Origin: an uncultured Acidobacteriaceae bacterium
Lineage (GTDB): Bacteria > Acidobacteriota > Terriglobia > Terriglobales > Acidobacteriaceae
Assembly: GCA_963813015.1 (NCBI GenBank)
Contig: CAWEXN010000007.1
Coordinates: forward strand, 209,526 to 273,525
DNA length: 64,000 nucleotides
Direction: 5' to 3'
In this document: piece by piece, positions 53,302-62,522 of the stretch
Numbering within the stretch: position 1 is the stretch's first letter
Layout: each line of letters starts with the position of its first letter
Program-made: the position numbers and the translations under genes
Notes under the pieces: generated by a model
The model's database searches: none
What the model was told of the DNA's origin: nothing
What the model saw: the letters and a program-made list of their open reading frames with translations, nothing else

Positions 53302-53859
53302 ATGGTTGACTCATCTCCCATCGGAATCGCGAAACAGTCTGTCGGTTGGGCCATCGCACTGAGCGTCCTGTTGATCCTCGCAGGCATTCTGGCGATTGTC
53401 GTTCCGCCAGTCGCAGGAATCGGGGTGGCGATCCTTGTTGCCTGGCTGGTGCTGCTCGGCGGCGTCGCGCACCTGGCAATCGCCTGGCATATCCGTTCAA
53501 CCGGCGGCCTCGTCTGGGAGCTTCTGGTTGGTCTGCTTTACCTCGCGATTGCGGTGTACATGCTGATTTGGCCGGTCGCCGGCCTCGCCTCGCTCACGCT
53601 TCTTCTCGCGTGCTATCTCTTCGCCAAAGGCGTTCTGGTGTTGATTCTTGCTTTCCGCATCCGCCACCACGCAGGCTCCGGCTGGCTTTTCTTTGATGGC
53701 GTCATCGCCCTCATTCTCGGTGCGATGATCGGCCTGAGCTGGCCATGGAGCAGCGAGTGGGCCATCGGAACCTTGATCGGCATCAGCATGCTCTTCGCCG
53801 GCATCACGCGGCTTCCCATGGCTATGGCAGCACGCCGACTGCTTGCAAAACCGGCCTAA
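53302..53859 (+). CDS. HdeD family (DUF308) membrane protein
   Basis: Six hydrophobic helices, W..FDG..ALILG, WP.SS.WAIG.LIGI.MLF.G; AAGGAG RBS. Confidence 0.85.
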   Translation: MVDSSPIGIAKQSVGWAIALSVLLILAGILAIVVPPVAGIGVAILVAWLVLLGGVAHLAIAWHIRSTGGLVWELLVGLLYLAIAVYMLIWPVAGLASLTLLLACYLFAKGVLVLILAFRIRHHAGSGWLFFDGVIALILGAMIGLSWPWSSEWAIGTLIGISMLFAGITRLPMAMAARRLLAKPA

Positions 53860-53956
53860 CCGGCGCCGGCGCTGCGCTTCTCCCCTGAGCCTGGCTAGAT
53901 CCCTGCCTTCCCGCCTCCTCGCTCCCTTGTTCCCTCGGTCCCGGTCCTTCTATTTC

Positions 53957-55039
53957 CTATTGGCTACTCCCTGCATCTCGCCAATAACTGGCTCTCGCCA
54001 CAATTTTCGCCCCGTAATCCTCGGTCGTCCGCACGCGAATCGTGTGTAACCCCGGCGTCGGGTCCGAAGGGCTGAAGCTGATCAGGTACCGGTTGCGCGC
54101 ATCCCGCGCCGCACGCAAGATCTCCGCCTGGAACGCCTTGTTGCCGACAAAGGTCGTGTACTCACCGCCGCTCATCTCGGCCACTTCCTTGGTCACATTC
54201 TTTTTTGTCGCGTTGATCGCCATCACCAGCGGCGCCAGCAAATTGCCCCCGGCAGTCTGCTCCGGCAATCCGGGCGTCGGCGTGTGGGCTCGTGTCGTCT
54301 GCCCATAATTCCTTTGGCCCATACCGCTGGCAAACTCCGCCAGCCCCGGCGAAAAGCTCACGCTCAGCACCAGCACATCCGACTCCCCAATCTTCCGGAT
54401 CAGCTGCACCGGCTTGGTGTGCTTGCTGCCGTGGTCCCGCTCCTCGCTGATCAGAAGCAACACGCGCCGGTATTCCTTGGGCTGCGATTCAAGCAGCGTC
54501 ACTGCATAATTCACGGTATCCAGGATTGCCGCTCCGCCATTGCCCGGCCTGAGCTCGGTCAGCTCCTTATTCACTTGATCGCTCGAATGCGTATAGTCCT
54601 GGATCAGGTGCGGCCGGGAGTCGAATCCCACCAGCGCCACCTGGCTGCGCGGATCAAACAGAAACACATCGAGCAACGGACCCAGTTGCGCCAGCTTGCC
54701 GAATTCGAGGACACTTGATCCGCCCTCCTCCACGACAACCACAAGCGCCACCGGTGCCGTGTCCATCTCCTCCTGTACCTTGATCTTTTGCGGAATGCCG
54801 TTGTCTTCCAAAATAAAATCGTTCGGCTTCAGCCCGTAGAGAATGCCGCCGCCCTTTTCCTCCACCAGCGTCGGCACCAGCACTTCGGTAGTGGTCACGC
54901 GCAGGCTCGGCGCAGCGCCTGGCGCGGCAGGCATCGGCTTCGGCGGCTCAATGGGCGGCAGTTGCTGCGGCCACGCAGCCGAGCTCGCCGCCAGGCCTGC
55001 ACAGATAAAAACTGCTGTTGAGTAAAATCGCATGCTCAT
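53957..55039 (-). CDS. Secreted VWA-domain protein (acidobacterial type)
   Basis: Signal peptide, LRVTT.EVLVP.LV, GL...DF...DNG.PQ, LLISEERDHGS, SGGEY..F, Y..SF.P, GLHTIRV. Confidence 0.8.
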   Translation of the reverse strand: MSMRFYSTAVFICAGLAASSAAWPQQLPPIEPPKPMPAAPGAAPSLRVTTTEVLVPTLVEEKGGGILYGLKPNDFILEDNGIPQKIKVQEEMDTAPVALVVVVEEGGSSVLEFGKLAQLGPLLDVFLFDPRSQVALVGFDSRPHLIQDYTHSSDQVNKELTELRPGNGGAAILDTVNYAVTLLESQPKEYRRVLLLISEERDHGSKHTKPVQLIRKIGESDVLVLSVSFSPGLAEFASGMGQRNYGQTTRAHTPTPGLPEQTAGGNLLAPLVMAINATKKNVTKEVAEMSGGEYTTFVGNKAFQAEILRAARDARNRYLISFSPSDPTPGLHTIRVRTTEDYGAKIVARASYWRDAGSSQ

Positions 55040-55159
55040 TCGTGCTTAGACTCGATCCTAAGCGATGCGGCTTCCCGGCCATGCCGCTCTATTCTTTGCC
55101 TTTAAATTCTTGTTTCCCGCCCATCTTGTTCGTTGTTATTCTTCTTTTCGGAGACTCGC

Positions 55160-55792
55160 ATGCCCGCGCCAAGTCGGAATCCTAAAGTCGACGCCTACAT
55201 CGAAAAGTCGCGCCCCTTCGCGCAGCCCATCCTCGCCCATCTGCGTAAGGCAATCCACGCCGGCTGCCCACAGGTTGAAGAAACCATCAAGTGGAGCCGG
55301 CCTTTCTTTGAATACCGCGGCGTGATCCTTTGCAACATGTCGGCATTCAAAGAGCATTGCAGCTTCGGCTTCTGGGGTCTTGAGATCGGAGCCGTCCTGC
55401 GCAAGGCCGGCGTCGTACGCGATGGAGCTATGGGCTCGCTTGGCCGCATCACCAGCGTCGACACGCTTCCGCCGGAAAAGAAAATGATCGAATGGGTCGC
55501 TCAGGCTGCAGCACTCATCGAAAGCGGCCAGGAAAGAAGCCCCATCGCAGCCCGCCCTCGCGTAGTCAAGCCAGCCAAGCCCGCCCTCAAATCTCCGCCG
55601 GATCTTAACCGGGCTCTCGGCAAAAACAAAAAGGCCGCCACGACCTTTGCCGCCTTCAGCCCCAGTTGCCGCCGCGAATATATCGAGTGGATCGTCGATG
55701 CCAAGCGCGCAGAAACCCGCGAGCAACGCATCGCCACCGCCGTCACCTGGATCGCTGAAGGCAAACAGCGCAATTGGAAATACCAAAAGTAG
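55160..55792 (+). CDS. YdeI/OmpD-associated family protein (DUF1801 + OmdA)
   Basis: VDAYI, VEETIKWSRPFF, FAAFSPSCRREYIEWIVDAKRAETREQRI..W..EGK.RNWKY. Confidence 0.88.
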   Translation: MPAPSRNPKVDAYIEKSRPFAQPILAHLRKAIHAGCPQVEETIKWSRPFFEYRGVILCNMSAFKEHCSFGFWGLEIGAVLRKAGVVRDGAMGSLGRITSVDTLPPEKKMIEWVAQAAALIESGQERSPIAARPRVVKPAKPALKSPPDLNRALGKNKKAATTFAAFSPSCRREYIEWIVDAKRAETREQRIATAVTWIAEGKQRNWKYQK

Positions 55793-55840
55793 TCGCGCTG
55801 CCCGGCCGCCCAGTTCTTTTTCTCGATCCAGCACGATTTG

Positions 55841-55891
55841 GGGTGCCCCATTCTAAAATCTCGACGCGGAGCGGAGAGTTTTAGGGTGGGG
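55841..55891 (+). repeat. GGGTGCCCC-type REP-like hairpin, copy 4
   Basis: GGGTGCCCCATTCTAAAATCTC...GAGAGTTTTAGGGTGGGG between convergent genes. Confidence 0.75.
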
Positions 55892-55924
55892 TAGCACAAC
55901 ATCATCGTTTCCCGGGGCCGCTTT

Positions 55925-57176
55925 CTACCTCCTGCTCAACCTTGCCGCGGGCTCTCGCGGCACCGCTCCATCGAGCGCTCCGCGCAACGCCCAGAACGCC
56001 GGCTTCGCCGCAAATTCATCGTCAAACGGCAAAGGCCGCTCGCGCAGGCCGACAATGATCCGTGCCCACAGCCGACGAGTGTTAAAGGGCATGAAAAGCG
56101 AGGCGAACTTCAACCACGTATGCGCGTCGGTAATGCCCCAGGTGATCACGAGCGGCACGTTCGGCTCGGCCAACACAAGGCTCAGGTAGTCTCTGTAAAC
56201 CTGCGCCACCGTCGCATCGCGGTCGGCAGCCCCAACCTTCATCCGCATGAAGCTCACATCCAGCTCCGATATGTGCGCCTCAAGCCCCATCTTTGCCGCC
56301 TCGCGAATAAAGCTCTGCAGCCCCGCCCCCGGTTGACCCATCGCCGCAAACAGATGGCTCTGCACGCCTACCGCATGAATCGGCGCCCCGCTGGTTTTCA
56401 ACCGCTGGAGCTGCGCCAGTACCAAATCGCGCTTCTTCGCGTCTCGCGGCAAGTCCGTTTCGATCCCGTAGTCGTTGTACGCAAGCTTCGCCTTGGGATC
56501 GGCTTCCGCCGCCGCACGAAACGCAATCTCGATATACTCCGGTCCGATCAGTTCCAGCCACGGCGATCTACGCAGACCGTCAGGCCGCCCATCGTACGGC
56601 TCAATGGCTTCGTTCACTACATCCCATGTGTCGATCCGCCCCTTCAGATGCCCCACAACCGTATGAATATGGTTGACCAGAAGGTCGCGCGCATTCTGCT
56701 TGTTCGCAACTCTTTCAAACCACCCCGGCATCGCCTCGTGCCACACCAGCACGTGTCCCCGTACTTTCTTTCCAGTCAACTCTGCGAACCGCATCAGCCG
56801 GTCGATGCCAGTGAAATCGAATTTGTCGGGCGATGGGCGCAGCCACTTCCAGTAGGTTGTGTACTCGTCCACGAGCATTCCTGTCTGCGCCATTACAAGC
56901 TGCGTGTAGCCATCGTCCGTGTGGCCCTTCGCCACACCATCCACATCCAGGAGCCCCGGATGCACCGCCGCGCCATATACCAGCCCCTTCAACGCTGCAT
57001 GCGCCTGGAGAGAATTCGCTCCCGTCACATTCGGGTCCATCGCGTTCTTCAATTGCCGTTCGTGTTTGAGATGCAGCCATTCGCCGGCGCCCAAACCCAC
57101 GGTCTGCGCTCGCCGCTGCAACTTGCCAGCCAAATTGTCTCCGTGTCAATCGCGATGATGGGCCGGAATCGGTCAT
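55925..57176 (-). CDS. GH10 endo-1,4-beta-xylanase with Tat signal (one +1 frameshift near 57105)
   Basis: RGHVLVWH, WDVVNEA (acid/base), YNDY, GVQSH, HISELDV (nucleophile); upstream frame gives MTDSGPSSRLTRRQFG. Confidence 0.88.
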
Positions 57177-57254
57177 GTGTATTTCAGCAAGCCGCCGCTC
57201 GCCACGCGCTGTTCCTTCTATGTTTTCTAATCCCTGGCCCCTAATTCATGGTGC

Positions 57255-57527
57255 CTATTTCGTGCGCGCCTCGCGCTCCAGTTGTCCCGTCCACACCAGA
57301 AAACGCAACAGCTCCCAGCGCTCGGTCCACATAAATCCAAGCACCGTCCCCGCCGTCAGCGTCTCGGCCTTCTTGCCGGAGTAGGTCTCAACACGCCAGC
57401 GCAGAAACTCGCTTCGCCACGGAGCCAGCCGGTGACCCCGTGTCGCATTCCACAAAAAACGCAGCGCAGCGAACAAGGAGAATCCTCTCGCCCTGAGTAT
57501 AGAGCGCGAGCCGGTCGCGGAATTCAT
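57255..57527 (-). CDS. Small Trp/Arg-rich hypothetical protein coupled to flgL
   Basis: 90 aa; ATGA overlap with flgL stop; PWRSEFLRWRVETYSG. Confidence 0.6.
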   Translation of the reverse strand: MNSATGSRSILRARGFSLFAALRFLWNATRGHRLAPWRSEFLRWRVETYSGKKAETLTAGTVLGFMWTERWELLRFLVWTGQLEREARTK

Positions 57528-58438
57528 CCCTGCAGTTTGCTGAACAGGCTGTTCGACGTCGAATCCAGTTGCGCGATCACGTCTTCAAGTGCTGTCTGCT
57601 GCGTCTCTGCCTGCGAAAGCTGCGTGGAGATGGTGGGAATGTCGGCCTGCATCAGGTCGGTCTGCGCGGCCGTAAGTTGCGTCTTCTCGCTGGTCACCGC
57701 GCCCGACGCCGCGCTGATCTGCGTAATCGAATTGTCGATCGTGACACGCTGCTGCGAGACGAAATTCAGAGCCGTTGACAGCGCGGTCGTGTCGCTAGCC
57801 GCTTGCTGGGTATTCACCGTTCCGGTCGAATAGTCGGCCACCAACGCATTCAACGCGCCGAACACGCTGCTCGTTCCCGCGCCCATAAAAATCTGATCGC
57901 CCGGCACATTCAACTGAATCTTCTGTCCGTTGGGCAGTTCGAGATAATTCACATTCTCGTCGCCGTTGTAGCTGGTCACCGCCGGCGATGTCGCCGTCGA
58001 TGTCGAAAACGGCGCCGCGCTCGTCTGGCCCCCGGCAAAAATGTACTGGCCTTGATAACCGGTGTTCGCCAGCGACTGCACTTCGTTCAGGATTCCCGAG
58101 ATTTGATTCGAAATAGACTTTACGTCGCTCGCATTCATGGTTCCGTTGTTGGCGCTGGTCGCCAATGAAATTGCCTGCGTCAACTCGGAGACCACGCTGC
58201 CCAGCGCCGAATCCGCCACCTGCAACTGTCCCGTCACCAGGTTCGAGCTCTCGGTAAAGGAATCGTCCTGCTGAATTTGGTTAAGCAGCAGAACGTTCTC
58301 GCCCGCGCCCACCGGATTCTGGCTCAGCGATGTGATGCTCACCCCGCTCGACAGTTCCGCGCTCAACTGCTGTTCGCTGGACTGCGTCTGATCCAGCGAT
58401 CCCACCAGGTTAGTAATGTACGTCGGATCAACCCGCAT
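57524..58438 (-). CDS. flgL: Flagellar hook-associated protein 3
   Basis: QLSSG..I...S.NP, YIFAG.QT..APF, YNGD, flagellin-like C-terminal helix; follows flgK. Confidence 0.9.
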   Translation of the reverse strand: MRVDPTYITNLVGSLDQTQSSEQQLSAELSSGVSITSLSQNPVGAGENVLLLNQIQQDDSFTESSNLVTGQLQVADSALGSVVSELTQAISLATSANNGTMNASDVKSISNQISGILNEVQSLANTGYQGQYIFAGGQTSAAPFSTSTATSPAVTSYNGDENVNYLELPNGQKIQLNVPGDQIFMGAGTSSVFGALNALVADYSTGTVNTQQAASDTTALSTALNFVSQQRVTIDNSITQISAASGAVTSEKTQLTAAQTDLMQADIPTISTQLSQAETQQTALEDVIAQLDSTSNSLFSKLQG

Positions 58439-58558
58439 CGCCCAAGCTCCTGGGTTTTAGATTCCAGCCTCTAGCTTTTCGATTTCACCGGCTTGTCCTA
58501 AATCGTCGGAATACTTTTCTGTCGAAAACATCCAATTCCACTGGTGCCTGCACGATGA

Positions 58559-58593
58559 AGCTAGTAGCTATCAGCTCGAAGCTGAAGGCTGCT
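58559..58593 (-). repeat. AGCT-type heptamer array after flgK stop
   Basis: Plus strand AGCTAGT AGCTATC AGCTCGA AGCTGAA GGCTGCT. Confidence 0.8.
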
Positions 58594-58594
58594 T

Positions 58595-60016
58595 TTACGC
58601 CACCGCCGTTTCCTCGCCCAGGTTCAGCGCGGAAGTCATCACCGAATTCAGAATCGTGAACACCTGCGACGCAGCCTGGTAGCTGTTCTCGAGCGTCGAC
58701 AACGCTGCTGCTTCGTCGTTCAGGTTCACGCTTGACAACGCATTGTTCTGCGCCTGCAACTGTGTCACCGACGCATTCTGCGCCGTGTTCTCCGTTTGCA
58801 CTTCTGAAACCGTAGAGCCCAGCGTCGAGACAAAGTTTGAATAGTAGTTAATCGGCGTCTGCCCGTTCACGATCAGCCCGCCGGCAATCTTTGCCATGGT
58901 CACGGCGTTCGAATTGTCCCCGGTCCCGTTTCCCAATCCTGCCGCCGCGATCTGGCTGGGATCGGTCATGATCACGCTCATCGCCGCCGCGCTCCCCGCC
59001 ACTTGCGCCGGCTCGTTGAAGATATAAAGCGGATTCGCGACCGTTCCCGTCACGCCATTCAGGTCCGTACCGGTATTGTTGGCGGCGTTCACCGAGGTCG
59101 AAACGTTATAGGCGAGTTGATCGAGCGAGCTCAGCGCGTTTGGAATGTCCACGTTACGCGCCGTCAGATATCCGCCCAGTTGCCCGCCGCCCGAAGCTAA
59201 TTGCGAAGTAATGTCCGTTCCACCCAGAAAAAAGTCTGTTACGCCATTCACGGTTCCGGTCGTCAGTTGCATGCTCTGACCCTCCGACACCAGCAACTGC
59301 CCCGATGTTGTCGTCACCGACAGCCCATTGTTCTCCGTCGTCACCTGGTTGATCCCGATAAGCTGCGAAAGCTGGCTCAAGTCCAGCTGCCGCTGGTCCT
59401 CGAGCGTTCCTGCGTCCGAGTTCGGAGAGATGGATTCGATCTCCAGGTTCAGTTGCCCAATGGCGCTGGTGAGCGAGTTCACCTGGCTCACCACGCCTGT
59501 CGCTTCCTGATTGATGGCCGCGCTCTGCCCATTCAGACTGCTCGCAGCGCTTGAAATGTCGCCGGCCAGCGTCGACGCCGACGAAAGCACCTGCTCGCGC
59601 AGTGCGTTGTCCGTCGGATCGCTCTCGAGAGAGGAAAAAGAGTCGAAGAAGCTCGTGATGTCGCTGCCAATATCTCCGGCGGTCGACCCGGACGAGCCCG
59701 AGTCCGGAGTGAACAACGCCTGCATATTGTTCAATGCCGTCAACCGCGTGCCCGATGCCGATGCCAGCTGCTGCTGCTGGTCAAGCCGCTCTTCCAGTAC
59801 CCGATCGCGCTGCGATGTCGCGCCCGTCTCGGTCACACCATCGCCAACCTGTACCCCTCCAACCGAAATCGGAGCGTTTTCCTGCCAGTCCGGCTTCTCC
59901 TCCGTGTACCCCGGCGTATTGGCGTTGGCTACGTTGTTCGCCACCACGTTCAGAGCCTCCTGATCGGCATCGAGAGCCCCAGCCATAACGCTTAAGGCGG
60001 AGTTAATTGTTCCCAT
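58595..60016 (-). CDS. flgK: Flagellar hook-associated protein 1
   Basis: NNVANANTPGY, RDRVL, LEDQR..L..LS, GGQLGG, SSVNLNDEAA.L..LENSYQAASQV. Confidence 0.95.
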   Translation of the reverse strand: MGTINSALSVMAGALDADQEALNVVANNVANANTPGYTEEKPDWQENAPISVGGVQVGDGVTETGATSQRDRVLEERLDQQQQLASASGTRLTALNNMQALFTPDSGSSGSTAGDIGSDITSFFDSFSSLESDPTDNALREQVLSSASTLAGDISSAASSLNGQSAAINQEATGVVSQVNSLTSAIGQLNLEIESISPNSDAGTLEDQRQLDLSQLSQLIGINQVTTENNGLSVTTTSGQLLVSEGQSMQLTTGTVNGVTDFFLGGTDITSQLASGGGQLGGYLTARNVDIPNALSSLDQLAYNVSTSVNAANNTGTDLNGVTGTVANPLYIFNEPAQVAGSAAAMSVIMTDPSQIAAAGLGNGTGDNSNAVTMAKIAGGLIVNGQTPINYYSNFVSTLGSTVSEVQTENTAQNASVTQLQAQNNALSSVNLNDEAAALSTLENSYQAASQVFTILNSVMTSALNLGEETAVA

Positions 60017-60410
60017 GAGCGCCCTCCGCTTTGGCATCAACTGCCGCGACCGCCTCCGCGTCTACAGCCGCGGCTTCCACGGCAACTTCCGCGCTCGCGA
60101 GAATCAGCCGCTCGTTGTACTCAAGACGCCGCTCGCGCATCTCGCGCAGCCGTCGCATCACGTTCTGATTGGCGCGCGTCGCCTCTAGCACCCGCGCCAG
60201 TACCGACATATCCGCCTGCGCCTCCCGCGCCTGCCGCGCCAGTTCCCTCTTTTCGTTCACGCTCATCGAGTCCAGATTCCAGTTCAGCGCGTCGCAGGAG
60301 ACCGCAAGCTCCGCGAGCCTGGGCGCATCCAGCAGCGCAAGCGCTCGCGACGCCTCCACCACAAGCTCTTTCAGCTCCGGATTAGCCGCGGTCGCCTCAA
60401 GCTCCTGCAT
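60003..60410 (-). CDS. flgN: Probable FlgN-like export chaperone
   Basis: All-helical 135 aa ORF between flgM and flgK; assigned mainly by synteny. Confidence 0.5.
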   Translation of the reverse strand: MQELEATAANPELKELVVEASRALALLDAPRLAELAVSCDALNWNLDSMSVNEKRELARQAREAQADMSVLARVLEATRANQNVMRRLREMRERRLEYNERLILASAEVAVEAAAVDAEAVAAVDAKAEGAHGNN

Positions 60411-60490
60411 TCTTCGATTCCTCTTCTGTCAGCGCACGTCAGGCCGTTTTTGCGCGCCAACGCCGTACTGGTTCGTGCCGATGCGGCGGG

Positions 60491-60784
60491 TTACGCGGCG
60501 CCGCTCAGCATCGCATCAACCAGCTTCGATGCGACGGCGGACGCCGGCACGTCGTAAGTTCCCGCCGCCAGCGCCGTTTGAATCTCCGCAACCTTCTCCG
60601 GACGCACGCCATCGTCTGAGAAAGATTGTGAAACTTCGTTGGCCGCGTTGCTCAAAGTCGCCCTGTCGGTGTCGAATGCGCTTCCGGAAGCGGCCGCGCC
60701 GCCCTTCGTCTGCGACGCCTGCGCGGGCGTCGGGTTCACCCCTAACAATGACCTCAATCCGTCCAGGCTATTCCGAATGTCCAT
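60491..60784 (-). CDS. flgM: Anti-sigma28 factor
   Basis: DRATLS, VRPEKVAEIQTALAAGTYDVPASAVASKL. Confidence 0.92.
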   Translation of the reverse strand: MDIRNSLDGLRSLLGVNPTPAQASQTKGGAAASGSAFDTDRATLSNAANEVSQSFSDDGVRPEKVAEIQTALAAGTYDVPASAVASKLVDAMLSGAA

Positions 60785-60805
60785 ACACTTTGCTCCTTGC
60801 CAGGT

Positions 60806-60833
60806 CTATCGGCCTCTCCGCTAATCACTCTAG
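60806..60833 (-). promoter_or_regulatory. Sigma28-type promoter for flgM
   Basis: CTAGA-N15-GCCGATAG, ~20 nt upstream of flgM start. Confidence 0.65.
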
Positions 60834-61220
60834 TCATTCAGGAGCTCTCATCACGGTATTACCGTGCAGCTTCTCGGTTACCTTCCCGTTTCCGTGCCGG
60901 TTACCGTGGTTGCCACCAGACCGGGAAAGCTCCTTCACGATTCGATCCGCAACTCCGAATCCGCCGTGCTCGCTCAGCGCCTTGCCCAGCGCCTCGGACG
61001 CAAATTCACCCAGTGCCCCGGTCGAGCCGGAGCCCGAACCTGAGCCCAGATCCGAGTCGCCCTCTTCGGCGCCCGTCAGCGCATCGCTGTTCGTGATGGG
61101 CTCGAGCAACTCTTTCATCATCTGCCCTTCAAACTCGTGTGCAGCCAGGACTAACCTGGGCGAAGGCGTAGTGGTCGACTGCCCAGTTGCTGCCGAACCG
61201 GCGATCGATGCAATGTTCAA
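60834..61220 (-). CDS. flgJ: Short FlgJ (rod-binding domain only)
   Basis: AAHEFEGQMMKELL...GGFGVADRI; downstream of flgI; no muramidase domain. Confidence 0.75.
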   Translation of the reverse strand: MNIASIAGSAATGQSTTTPSPRLVLAAHEFEGQMMKELLEPITNSDALTGAEEGDSDLGSGSGSGSTGALGEFASEALGKALSEHGGFGVADRIVKELSRSGGNHGNRHGNGKVTEKLHGNTVMRAPE

Positions 61221-61241
61221 GCCCCCGCTCCCTTGGTCGTT

Positions 61242-61297
61242 GTTCCCCCGTCCCCCGTCCCCTGTCCCCGGTCCTCTGTTCCCTTTTCCCTATGCCC
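61242..61297 (-). repeat. GGGGACA-type heptamer array (8 units) between flgI and flgJ
   Basis: GGGCATA GGGAAAA GGGAACA GAGGACC GGGGACA GGGGACG GGGGACG GGGGAAC. Confidence 0.85.
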
Positions 61298-61301
61298 TCT
61301 T

Positions 61302-62504
61302 TCACAGCACTTCCAGATCGGCGTCCAATGCCCCAGCTGCCTTCATCGCTTGGAGGATCGAGATCACGTCCCGCGCTCCTGCTCCGGTACGTTGCAATTC
61401 CTCGACCAAATCCTCGACCGTCGCGCCTTCCTTCAAATCGATCCGGTTCACCGGCTTGTCCTGTGCCTGCACTGTCGTCTGTTCCACCACCTGCGTAGTC
61501 CCGGATGAAAGCGCGCTAGGCTGCGAGACTTCCACATTCGTGATCACGTTGATGCTCAGGCCTCCATGCAGAATCGATACCGGCTGCAGCCGCACCGTGC
61601 CTCCGATCACCACCGTTCCCGTGCGCTCATTCACCACGACGCGCGCCCGCGGAAACACATCGATCTCCAGCTCTTCCACTTTGTCGAGCAGCGATGCTAC
61701 ATCCTCATCGGTCTCGACCGCGATCTCCACCCGCCGGCTGTCGACAGCTTTGGCCCGCCCCGCGCCCAGTGTCTGGTTCACCGTCGCCGCCATCCGCTCC
61801 GCGGTATGAAAATCGGCATCGTTCAACACCACGCTGACAGTCTGCATTTGTTTCAAGTCAAATGGCACCGCGCGCTCCACCATCGCGCCGCCCGGAATGC
61901 GCGCCGTGGTGGGATGATTCACCTGCTTCGAGCTGCCGCCCGACGCCGCCGTGTAGCCGCCCAGCACCAGCGCTCCCTGCGCCTGCGCGTAAATTTGCCC
62001 ATCGGGCCCGTAGAGCGGCGTCATCAGCAGGATTCCGCCTTCAATCGACCGTGCATCGCCGGCCGACGAAACCGTTACATCCACTTTGTACCCCGGCCCG
62101 CTGAACGGCGGCAGCGTGGCCACCACAAAAACTGCCGCCATGTTCTTCACCTGCATATTGCTGGCGCTGTTCGATCCGGTTTGCGGAACCGTGATGCCCA
62201 TCTTTTCCAGCGCCGAAACCAGCGTCTGCGCCGGAAACACCGTCTGCGAGCTGTCTCCCGTGCCCTTCAGCCCGACCACCAGGCCATAACCCACAAGTTG
62301 GTTATCGCGAATGCCCTCAATGCTCGTCACATCCTTAATCCGCGACTTCTGTCCCGGCTCCTGGGGTGGGGCCACCGAGATGGCTAAGAGCCAAACCGCA
62401 GCCAACGCCATCCACCACCAGAACCCGCGGCTCTCGATGATAGGCGTCACCCGGCTCCATCTGCCTTTTTCCGTCCTTTTCGCAACCGAAACTCGCATCC
62501 CCAT
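61302..62504 (-). CDS. flgI: Flagellar P-ring protein
   Basis: RIKDVTSIEGIRDNQLVGYGLVVGL.GTGD, KNMAAV, GG.LL.TPL, VVVNERTGTVV, LQAMKAAGAL. Confidence 0.95.
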   Translation of the reverse strand: MGMRVSVAKRTEKGRWSRVTPIIESRGFWWWMALAAVWLLAISVAPPQEPGQKSRIKDVTSIEGIRDNQLVGYGLVVGLKGTGDSSQTVFPAQTLVSALEKMGITVPQTGSNSASNMQVKNMAAVFVVATLPPFSGPGYKVDVTVSSAGDARSIEGGILLMTPLYGPDGQIYAQAQGALVLGGYTAASGGSSKQVNHPTTARIPGGAMVERAVPFDLKQMQTVSVVLNDADFHTAERMAATVNQTLGAGRAKAVDSRRVEIAVETDEDVASLLDKVEELEIDVFPRARVVVNERTGTVVIGGTVRLQPVSILHGGLSINVITNVEVSQPSALSSGTTQVVEQTTVQAQDKPVNRIDLKEGATVEDLVEELQRTGAGARDVISILQAMKAAGALDADLEVL

Positions 62505-62522
62505 GTCCGTTTCCTGCTGACT

